This document shows positions 48,201-54,214 of a stretch of DNA of 64,000 bases, one piece after another (positions within the stretch are counted from its first letter, which is position 1; each line of letters starts with the position of its first letter). This stretch comes from a virus (taxonomy: Duplodnaviria; Caudoviricetes), in IMG/VR virus record IMGVR_UViG_3300023435_000009. One strand, written 5' to 3'. Below the pieces are notes generated by a model. It did not search any database. It saw nothing but the letters and a program-made list of their open reading frames with translations, and had not been told where the DNA came from. Position numbers and translations under genes: made by a program.

Positions 48201-48335
48201 GTTGCTGAGTTGGCACGGGGGGCCAAGGGGGATCTGAAACGGTGGAAGTCCGCTGCCAAGTTCAAGGACAAGAAGAAGGTCAAGAAGCAGGATGGCGGCG
48301 AGATGACCGGAGGTAAAGCTGATGTGTTCTTCTAA
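39237..48335 (+). CDS. Giant polyvalent protein (2H phosphoesterase, CCA/poly(A)-type nucleotidyltransferase, four HExxH zincin modules, InPase, ParB-like, SH3-like, possible GNAT- and ART-like domains)
   Basis: PHST/PHVT; VVGGAVRN..IKDIDVV..RRDFSFN..FSDDPSRM; HEMGH 41802, HELRH 44400, HEVQH 45708, HELAH 46791; HYGEIRNTEGTDGDKLDVYVG..DEDKVMLGF; VMEGHTRL. Confidence 0.85.
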   Translation: MKRADAENGKKTGDRSDVGLFIPLPGDLASQFPDLGSNDQSVPHSTFLFVGSVPQGREERLLEVVRGVLAELSGPVRAQLASDIEYFVHPAKQRRVAVLPVRFSHDLAAIRWKLRDALVDDGFDVDDSFPLIYRPHVTLEYLNDLDETYVGTVPSGGWSLNGIEVWGLPRVVEVPFSSVSKLAHRHVESKAHHRSVALMKFLSGVARKLGVGNDVYVVGGAVRNFVLDPTGLKYPIKDIDVVIDPVALRRPDASDWFAQKVKRAIPVDVSLVTNSYGVSIVTITGDWILDGVSMAGEVIEIANARTESYGGTAGKGYKPHLVEPATIEEDVKRRDFSFNTLLWRMHDLANGPDQVAILDLTGCGMKDLQDGWMRCPSKPDRTFSDDPSRMVRTIKFMLKYGFKISSEVKASIKKNAPKLKNIPPGHLSNMIIETFFTPGVGKKALLEMDKLGLLEVTRDIARKDKKFRQALANWADAHASVEFIFDLMDLGMPSGKRLGFLKPAQKDRVREITVQMDADGSDAFVRLLEQPGKVLDMPGLITEYGFKGAEIRALVEAARTALLDEPLLASSGRKWEDKIRRRLGKPAGKTAGNEAHVVASKPVVIDEVHLKKLKKDFLTFTRQIKKPKDYDQARYMADAYTRWRVQFEDFIKRLWKYMDGLHWRHPNLFSENDRDYWRRVVGEDTWVLQTENFPLQHPDDYWTEEQCVAEFEQRRGPWVRKVQRGAREAWSRLDDFVSWMETNRLQALQTEGDKVTLEYPEVYKENIDGFQLTFKGIEPDDRAEVKGFLAGLKRYKALAAKRMPLLLRRKLPIVVNSMGEVGLEWGGQYHTRYIDFNLASSSSSGIQNRTVHVLAHEMGHHIFKSLGSKSRKFWDTLIRGDMEPLDLKKIYPLMKAGEDLQWLAFDIEEKDPILALQLTGVSEDWRWKHNVPTKEKVKEFIDGGEVQIHVPKRPITYYASKNPEEAFCEVVGLLVANGPGSVDNEILHWLRVIVPSAKIANLQGVVEVPKNTHPVKVEPPKAKRKQFPFVGYIDFQGIKIDVENKQGDVRKGVSPDGEEWETHMFHHYGEIRNTEGTDGDKLDVYVGDNHDSSLAVVVHQQDPDSGKFDEDKVMLGFDSVEEAIGAYKKQYDQPGFYVEGEHLEMPIGQFWRWVNEDRNKGKKVKDAVVHTAAQHAPSTAPTWFPEVEGRVTDIAASGDNDEGWKAASQRRTAEHNDDYQRREKVLPEDLDFARKHHLPLEEDQYWGTVVPLKALYTKRPQYHIFGMNLGDQKRFVFASIPLSLLVPAQETVSLIGLHRYTEGNVRSDKGVPEVVLCESAFFVMEGHTRLAAERLRGHSRAEVKLFLYDGKKFRKPTDEDLPSSVRLLKRRRRATAAQRIADRYVEGLQINLNVGDPVFYGKWKSSPGTIKDFKTDPKSGDPVVTVEPYPKGRKKPKDLKLLKIRERQPKPEEKKAGMLEPPPAMVKSVLEWVMAVTQSTKAFRAKEDLAKAQDVLQALTALKRDMTKQRGVLEDAVADPKVGVRAEYAALKQYVETLFEDNRRTAVFVQRLVWGPPKFKKFTEAHNKGDLPRYVRSVGDEVDEALADRMKAVKGQVQKLRAGAGGPSKVQPIMPGKELVTRIPVDLRGWKYEGQVTVEKGVKGLVDVITKAMARKTDIDEESRKFFDELMEGNKKQWQSIAVKLDPNQTPHGRWQSATKMLTLKFGGPEKDAAWYRPLIEHELRHVAQDLINFSEGLYDRGGRPSRKMLTPDYTQQDEDAARQKLRAVGIDPRQVAIHHLDDVEFYTDLADAVGEYKRQQPKFDHLPRNETIRFFVGGKANPEVAQELRSLRMHPLPFFTTLKRVPSARGKYQKAVNELLKATGGSATRVALRYLQGKQAGVFQGPPALLKTIQEWALATYAGHILAGVETDLETILDAKGPIKRAIQDMGKGYDEVTKAGSLSVGGSFKFPMTDTFGGSSSLSKSVWGVKRTGEDVYLIGKGDRSVSWKPQQLPWQWGRGPWTLEEVKKHLMPYISRATQRMRSKLDQPVVDPNMPKAVELTLLKRKCLQYTTKAKHYSGKATTKFKLDLSGWKYLPNPREAEKHIKDEEGWDVVKVVLDFKGSQTKGGYWSLKERTLDVEIGAGATSHYIRTPEQARTVSLFETGITQITGTCRHEVQHIGQDALRLAKGLSEDAGLPGRTLRNPDFTPEGRKLHVPEGDAPSGKVHPLRDVEFHTRIQDEIEKFSRFVRKGVVAKAKIKEALHIWVGASPENEMKDPDGKVIMTTQQFFYSLRKYEKGKWQKAVDEFRKGLMRKGLRISSEDIQSAMTQRVRQDQEYFASLLGTVAQIQSEIDAHPDYYSTSDKNRKLWLAWKDLALLGDRLARAVLDQKSIPPGKNKAFELAARAFISIRGTPRDIEKWMVKNKRHINLLNDTVDWPDKSEDEKLKVGAFTVHNTLGLEGADLDRSKKNVQKAESLIRRMPFPKGLKQVLYGDVYIVARLNKTKTWAFYYPRDDNVYVRADTKGVLGETHSLIHELAHRYWEQFASVSKKHAWIRHHAHMSGKSMPAEKMPMPNVGETLPLKIPGAPRGFEPVVSHVHAGKYWFDVPSKDGKTTRTMNYPVHEMAKFLYDRDERTKRRETFPTPYAAKNAEEHFCESTALRALGKLKGSNLDEYDRIWGGSGGRVASQDSSVEAKVDFSGTRWVVAPPSKLDEAQAETVWQVYHTSYGNLGEHISNLSELLSKYQLFWLVDVDGDEKPDAFIAYKKTPAGKKIGVIGSDGSPLAKRLVVRKLLQLFQGNGYYVEASGRPAQMLDSAGVPHVTDQADVEAVMAPKKIHWLGDGKYTRAIGGLGTKEKRLYGHPRIPRARKQARRLATRWLRSSASIPAQQIAARYLEAGAYPTSRLVEGPLIDGHIPPRTPQGRPPAYLYRSMPVAEYEAAVSRGQMRGRPLHAAGEPVFYTLNPGENVLVAIEYRDRDGWDSKVGMGGSTIYAITHDAIPMSRVAELARGAKGDLKRWKSAAKFKDKKKVKKQDGGEMTGGKADVFF

Positions 48336-49152
48336 CTTTATCGGACAGGTTTATTCCTTGCATGATCCTGTGACACAGGAGTTGCGTTATGTTGGACAAA
48401 CAACACACACACTGGAACATCGTTTGAAACAACACTTGAAGCAGTTGAAAAAAAGCACACACAAAAACAACTGGATTCGGTCTCTTCTTCCTAGTCGACC
48501 TTTGATTCGGCACGTTTGTTTCGCTGCCTCTCAGTCTGAATTGGATCTTCTGGAGATAGGCCACATCGCAAAAACAAAAACCTCTGGGTGTCGTCTGACT
48601 AATGCAACTACAGGGGGGAGGGGAGGGAGGCATTCTGCTGAGACCATCGCAAAAATGAGAGTGGCACACACAGGAAAAGTGTTTTCACAGGAGGCTCGAC
48701 AAAACATGTCCAAGGCAAAAAAGGGTCATCCTGTTTCGGAAGAGACCAGACGTAAAATTGCTGCCGCAAATACAGGACATGTGCCATCGCTGGACACTCG
48801 AACCAAATTAAGTTTAGCACTTCTTGGCCATACCGTTACAAGTGAGACGAGACAACGCATCTCAGAGGGTAACAAGGGCAAAGAGCGTACTGCTGCTTTT
48901 CGAAGACATCTATCGAAAATTAACCTTGGAAAGAAACACACGGAAGAGTCTAGGCTTCGAATGTCGGGGCGGGTGATGCCTGAGGAGACCCGACAGAAAA
49001 TTTCTAGGGCATTGAAAGGGCGAGCAAAAGAGGGGATGTCCGAAGAAACCAAGCGTAAGATTTCGGATGCCAAAAAAGGAAAGACACTGTCCTTTGAGAC
49101 CAGGCAACGAATGTCAGAGGCGCAAAAAGTCCGATGGGCAAAACAAAAATGA
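48322..49152 (+). CDS. GIY-YIG homing endonuclease with NUMOD3 repeats
   Basis: VYSLHDP...RYVGQT...RLKQH; repeated SEETRRKI/SETRQRIS units; AT-rich; ggaggt RBS. Confidence 0.88.
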   Translation: MCSSNFIGQVYSLHDPVTQELRYVGQTTHTLEHRLKQHLKQLKKSTHKNNWIRSLLPSRPLIRHVCFAASQSELDLLEIGHIAKTKTSGCRLTNATTGGRGGRHSAETIAKMRVAHTGKVFSQEARQNMSKAKKGHPVSEETRRKIAAANTGHVPSLDTRTKLSLALLGHTVTSETRQRISEGNKGKERTAAFRRHLSKINLGKKHTEESRLRMSGRVMPEETRQKISRALKGRAKEGMSEETKRKISDAKKGKTLSFETRQRMSEAQKVRWAKQK

Positions 49153-52100
49153 AGACCTTTTTTGATGATGAAAGGGTGGTGCGCCGGATTGCAACCCTGT
49201 ACGTATGCCGGGTTGCACAGGATCACAAATACAAAAAAAGGCACAAGTCCCCTGGCGGAACTAAGATATACGAGTACAGCGACCGTCATGTGAACGACCG
49301 GAACAAGGGCAAAGCCCAGAAGGTTGAAAAGCTTCGGCATGGCATCACCAAGCTCCGGGGTCAGGTCCATAAGGATCTCAAGTCCAAGGATGAGAAGACC
49401 CGTGCAACGGCCCTGGCTGTTGGTCTCATGGACGCCACCTACGAAAGAATTGGTAATCCGACTTCTGCCAAAGAGGGCCATTTTGGGGTCACTGGATGGA
49501 AGGCCCAACACATCACATTTTCCGGGGGCACAGCCACCATCAAGTACGTTGGGAAATCCGGCGTGAAGCATGAGAAGGTCATCAGCACCCCAGGTTCTGT
49601 GGCGGCGCTCAAGGCTGCTGTGAAGGGTAAGAAGCCCGGAGACACCGTGGTGGACGCCTCAGCAGAGGATGTGAACGGATACCTCAAGCCCTTCGGTGTC
49701 ACCGCCAAAGATATTCGTGGCTTTCATGCTAATACAGAGATGCAAACCCGGCTCAAGGCTATCCGGTCCAAGGGCGGCAAGCTGCCCACCGACAAAAAGG
49801 AGCGAGAGAAGGCCCTCAAGGAGGAGTTCAAGAAGGCCCTGGCTGAGACAGCCGAGGCGGTAGGGCATGAGGCAGCTACGTTGAAGAGCCAGTACCTTGT
49901 GCCAGGTTTGGAGTCCGATTTCCTTAAGGATGGAACGGTCAACGACAAGATGGTGAAGAAAGGCTCAGAGTTGGCACACCGCTGGTTGAAGACGGCCATC
50001 ATCAACATCAACAACGCCACCGATGGTCCCGAAGGAGATCTGATGTTGAGGGGCGACTACGGGCTCCAGTCCAGCCTGACTTACTACGAGCAGGCGATCA
50101 TGCAGGATTTGATCATCCACCACCACCCGATCCTGAACACTCCCGAGGGGTATACGCTCAGGGGGCACAAGGTCGGCCCCAGTGCTGTGTGTGAGTTGAT
50201 GGGAGCCGGATACCTGGAGGACCATGGCGGGGAGATATACTTGTCCCCTATGTACGAAGCCAAGCAGAAGCTCTACCGGACAGCCTCTTCATCCAGACTG
50301 ATCCTGTTGTATGAGCGGCACTACCCACCCGAGGACAGGTCCATCGAGCATTACGCTGCTTGGCGCAACAGCCTGACCCTCCCGATGGCCCGGACGGCAG
50401 CCTATGACATCATCAGACACTGCCCCCATTGTCAGTGCGTCCTGCACGACGGTCCTCGCTACCATGAGCACTGCGACGACTGTGGGTACGACGTAGATTT
50501 CCCAGGCGGACGGGAGCGTCTGAAGGACGGGGAATGGACACCCATCCCCGAGGATGACCCCCGGCTGGTCCTGTTCAAAGAGAAGAAGGCAACGCAACTG
50601 GATGCTTTCGAGAAGATGTGGCGGACGGCAACCAAGACCCACGGGGAACGTGAGGACGAGGAAGCCGAGCGGTTGCTACGCCCCGAGCCTAAGAAGAAGC
50701 CCCCCCGGAATGATCTCCGCCGGGAGCAGATGAACACGGACAAGGACAAGGACACAGAGTCGGAGGGTGCTGACGGGGACAAGGACCTCTCTTTGAATTA
50801 CAAGCGGATTGCCCTGCGCTGGCTCGCTGCGGCTGGTGAACACAAGCCCGGCGAGGTGTGGCAGACGGAGTCCGGTTGGGCAGGGCAGAACCCAGACGGT
50901 GTCCCTCATACCTTCAAGGATCGGACGAAAGCCGAAGCCTACGCCAAGGGTCAGTCCGAGGCCCCTGAGGACGAGGAGAAAGCTGCCCCTGAGGAGGAGC
51001 AGTCCCCTGAGACCACCCCTCAGCCTGAGGAACCGAAGAAGAAGCCGAAGCCCCGGAAGGATCCTGAGCAGGTTCGATTTGACCGGAAGGTCCAACGGGA
51101 GGTGAAGAACCTGAGGGCAGAACGTAAGGGTGTCAAGGACGCCAAGGTGGAGCTTCGTCAGGCCAAAAAGGATCTCAAGGAGGCTCGTGCAGAACTCAAG
51201 GCAACCCAGAAGGGAACGCCTGGGTACGTCATAGCTAAGGATACAGTCGACACTGCCAAGGAGTTGGTGGACCAGGCCCAGGAACAGTTGGACACGGCAA
51301 CGGAGTCTTTCGAGGCCACCAAAAAGCGGGTGGAGGAGATAAAGTCAGAGCGGGTGGAACGCTACCCCGACAGCAATACGGAGTTGGGCCGTATTCGTTT
51401 GCTCCTTCGAGAGTTTGATCAGACGTCAGATGATGACAATGACGGGAGTATGAGGGCCGAGACGCTTGAGGATAAACTCTCCAAGTACGACGTTGCTTCT
51501 CAGGAGCAGGCAGCCTCTGCTTTCCAGAAGGAAAGCACCTCCTTGGCCCATCAGGAGTTAACCCCTGAGTTGGTTCAGGAGATCGTGGCAGCCGAGAAGC
51601 AGCTTAAAAAGAAGGGCCTGTCCGCCGAGGTTTTCGGGGAGTTGACTGCCCGTGTGATGTTCGGGCACAGCATCCTGGCGAACCCCACCAAGGTTTCGCC
51701 TATGCGTGGAGTCGAGGTGGATGGTGCGGAGCAGGCGAAGATCGCCAGAGACTCCTACGATCACTACTCTAAGCTCAATCCCGAACTCCGGGCCAACGCA
51801 TTCCGGCAGGCAGCGGAGGAACTCAAAAAGCACCCGGACGATTCACCCGATAGTGTCCATCTGTCCCGTGTGGTGGATGGTCTCTACCTGGCCTCAGTAG
51901 CGGCTGGGGATGATGACTCCGTGAGGGAGACGGACGGGAAGAGACTCATTCCTGAGCCGTCCGGCATCTTCAAGGCCCTGGTTAAGATGCAGAAGGGCGA
52001 CGACAGTTTTGGGAGCGAATCAGGTGACCTTGTAGATCTCATGTCTACTGAGTTCTATGGACCCAAGGGAAGGGCTGCACTGCGGACCCGGATCTCAGAA

Positions 52101-52718
52101 TTGGATGACAATGACCTGACCAACCTGTTTACGGGAGGGGATCAGGAACTGGATCGGATGATCCAGGACGCCCTTTCCAAAATGACAGAGCCTTGGCAGC
52201 GGGAGTTGCTCAGGGGTCTGATGCAGGATCTGACCCTGGACTCAATGACGACCCAGCATGCAATCCTGACGAGTCAGGCGGGGGCTGAGGAAGGCCCCGA
52301 AACTCTGAAAAACCAGGGCACCCGGTCCATGCCTAAGACCCCGGAGGAGATGGACTACACGCTGACGGACTATCGGCGTCGGGCAGCAGATGCTGCTTCG
52401 GATGAGATGGAGGCTCTCTTGGCGTGCCTGAGGGGGCATAAGGATTCTGAGACCGCTCGTCAGGCGTGTCAGGAGAAGGCAAATGCGTACCGGATCAAGT
52501 CCCACGCTGGGTTCCTGCAACTCGTAACTGATGAGTTTGGTATCCGAGATGAACTAGATCCTTTCCTGGTTCAGTTACGAACGATGTTGGATCGTCAGGA
52601 TCTCGCAGAACTTGATTTCAAGTTTGTTTCTGAGGGAGCAAAAACGGCGTTTACACGGAAAACAGTCCGTGCAGTTCAATCCTCTGCCTATACGGATGAC
52701 ATAAAGGCGAGGGGCTGA
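49149..52718 (+). CDS. Polyvalent protein with an N-terminal type IB topoisomerase catalytic domain
   Basis: ERIGN (R), YVGKSG (K), TAKDIR (R), AVGH (H), SQYL (Y) pentad; followed by unrelated modules and a coiled coil. Confidence 0.8.
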   Translation: MKTFFDDERVVRRIATLYVCRVAQDHKYKKRHKSPGGTKIYEYSDRHVNDRNKGKAQKVEKLRHGITKLRGQVHKDLKSKDEKTRATALAVGLMDATYERIGNPTSAKEGHFGVTGWKAQHITFSGGTATIKYVGKSGVKHEKVISTPGSVAALKAAVKGKKPGDTVVDASAEDVNGYLKPFGVTAKDIRGFHANTEMQTRLKAIRSKGGKLPTDKKEREKALKEEFKKALAETAEAVGHEAATLKSQYLVPGLESDFLKDGTVNDKMVKKGSELAHRWLKTAIININNATDGPEGDLMLRGDYGLQSSLTYYEQAIMQDLIIHHHPILNTPEGYTLRGHKVGPSAVCELMGAGYLEDHGGEIYLSPMYEAKQKLYRTASSSRLILLYERHYPPEDRSIEHYAAWRNSLTLPMARTAAYDIIRHCPHCQCVLHDGPRYHEHCDDCGYDVDFPGGRERLKDGEWTPIPEDDPRLVLFKEKKATQLDAFEKMWRTATKTHGEREDEEAERLLRPEPKKKPPRNDLRREQMNTDKDKDTESEGADGDKDLSLNYKRIALRWLAAAGEHKPGEVWQTESGWAGQNPDGVPHTFKDRTKAEAYAKGQSEAPEDEEKAAPEEEQSPETTPQPEEPKKKPKPRKDPEQVRFDRKVQREVKNLRAERKGVKDAKVELRQAKKDLKEARAELKATQKGTPGYVIAKDTVDTAKELVDQAQEQLDTATESFEATKKRVEEIKSERVERYPDSNTELGRIRLLLREFDQTSDDDNDGSMRAETLEDKLSKYDVASQEQAASAFQKESTSLAHQELTPELVQEIVAAEKQLKKKGLSAEVFGELTARVMFGHSILANPTKVSPMRGVEVDGAEQAKIARDSYDHYSKLNPELRANAFRQAAEELKKHPDDSPDSVHLSRVVDGLYLASVAAGDDDSVRETDGKRLIPEPSGIFKALVKMQKGDDSFGSESGDLVDLMSTEFYGPKGRAALRTRISELDDNDLTNLFTGGDQELDRMIQDALSKMTEPWQRELLRGLMQDLTLDSMTTQHAILTSQAGAEEGPETLKNQGTRSMPKTPEEMDYTLTDYRRRAADAASDEMEALLACLRGHKDSETARQACQEKANAYRIKSHAGFLQLVTDEFGIRDELDPFLVQLRTMLDRQDLAELDFKFVSEGAKTAFTRKTVRAVQSSAYTDDIKARG

Positions 52719-52785
52719 GTGCCCAGCGCTTACCTCCTTTGGGAGGAGCTAATCCGGTCGGCAGACCACATGAGGAGGAATTCCG

Positions 52786-53622
52786 ATGACTGAAATGACG
52801 AAGAAGGGCGCTCAGGTAGTGACCAATGATCTGGATCGGGTTGCGACCCTGTTCCAGCAGGATTGGGCCACGCTGGGTATTCCGCAGAAGCTGGCCGTGG
52901 ATTTCGCATACCGTTGTGATCTTCTGAGCGACGCCGTCGAGAAGAGAGCTGGGGTGCCGAAGACCGCAGCGCCGGACTTCAACCCTGAGGAAATCGGGGA
53001 GGAGAAGGCCGGGCCACTCGAAGACGAGCTGGACGAGGCTTTCATGAAGGGCGAGTTCACCCAGCAAGAGAACCGGGAACTGCGTGAGCGGTACCAGGAC
53101 GGCGACCTGGGCATCACCCCCAACCTCGACCCACAGGCCCCCGCCAGCGGCAAGCAGGGTTTCGAGCAGGTCGGCAGGGACAGCCTGAGCAGCAGGCTCG
53201 CAGCGCTGTGTACCCGTGTGCAGGGTCATGCCACCCGGTGTGGATCATCTGATCCGGCCCTTGCCGGACGCATGTTCCGGCTCGCCAGTGCCCTCCTGGA
53301 CGTGCAGCGGGACGTGCTGACGGGGAAGACCTCGGCGGACCACGCTGTTCGGACGCTCCAGGCCAGCAATCTCCTGAACACTGACAGCCCCTCGGACAAG
53401 TTCGCAGCGCTGGTCGCCCATGCAACCAGGGTGGCGAAGAAGTCCGAGGACGAAGACGAGGACGTTCCTGACGAGGGCAAGGAAGCCGGAAAGATCCCAC
53501 CCCAGTTCAAGGAATTCCTCGATAAAAAGAAGGACGAGAAGGGCGACGAGGACAAGGATGACGACAAGGCCGACGACAAGGGCGACAAGAAGGCCCACGG
53601 CTACAACCTGTTCGCCCAGTAA
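52786..53622 (+). CDS. Putative capsid assembly/scaffold-like protein
   Basis: RBS gaggagg; highly GC3-biased; acidic and Lys-rich tail with GKIPPQF. Confidence 0.5.
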   Translation: MTEMTKKGAQVVTNDLDRVATLFQQDWATLGIPQKLAVDFAYRCDLLSDAVEKRAGVPKTAAPDFNPEEIGEEKAGPLEDELDEAFMKGEFTQQENRELRERYQDGDLGITPNLDPQAPASGKQGFEQVGRDSLSSRLAALCTRVQGHATRCGSSDPALAGRMFRLASALLDVQRDVLTGKTSADHAVRTLQASNLLNTDSPSDKFAALVAHATRVAKKSEDEDEDVPDEGKEAGKIPPQFKEFLDKKKDEKGDEDKDDDKADDKGDKKAHGYNLFAQ

Positions 53623-53632
53623 GGAGCCCAGC

Positions 53633-54214
53633 ATGACATCCACCAAATCCGCAGCTTACGTGGATTTCCAACAGAGGGCTAAGGAGTTCTCTGTCGGGGA
53701 TGAGGTGTCACCGCTGTTCTCCCTCCAGGTCATCGTAGGACGTGTCGTAGCCGTGTGGCCCGCCATCGGAATGGTGGACGTTGAGTGGCCGCACGGCTCC
53801 GAACGAGTCCCCGTAGAAGACCTCCAGCGGGGGAATGGTTCCGAGTTTACCCCACCCGAGACGGACAGCGCTAATGTCCCTGGTGGTGAGGGTACGGTTT
53901 CAGTCCCCGGTGGTCCCAAGGACGCTGTCACCAGGGTCGCCACTGCTTATCTGAAAAAGTCCCTTTACTGGGCAGCCCGTGATCGTCACTACAAGGCAAC
54001 AGCCGAGGAGATCACCAGCGGGCAGTTCAACTGTCCCAAGTGCAAGGGTGCCTTCCTTCGTCCTGCCACGTACAAGCGGGCGGAGGGTGTGAGTGATCGT
54101 CTGCTGGCCTGTCCGGAGTGCCTGTTCCTCATCAAGAGGAGCGCCCTGATAGGGCATCCTGACTACATTGACGATGGGATTGACGGTGTCCAGGCGGATA
54201 GGAAGGTGGTCTAA
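53633..54214 (+). CDS. Hypothetical protein (SH3-like plus Zn ribbon)
   Basis: FSVGDEV...GRVVAVW..MVDVEW; CPKC...CPEC; RBS aaggag. Confidence 0.6.
   Translation: MTSTKSAAYVDFQQRAKEFSVGDEVSPLFSLQVIVGRVVAVWPAIGMVDVEWPHGSERVPVEDLQRGNGSEFTPPETDSANVPGGEGTVSVPGGPKDAVTRVATAYLKKSLYWAARDRHYKATAEEITSGQFNCPKCKGAFLRPATYKRAEGVSDRLLACPECLFLIKRSALIGHPDYIDDGIDGVQADRKVV

Noticed and set aside
48308-49270. Group I intron around the GIY-YIG gene
   Set aside because: The endonuclease ORF fills the whole insert and leaves no room for a ribozyme core; the upstream exon does not end in U; the downstream gene has its own start and a duplicated N-terminal segment.
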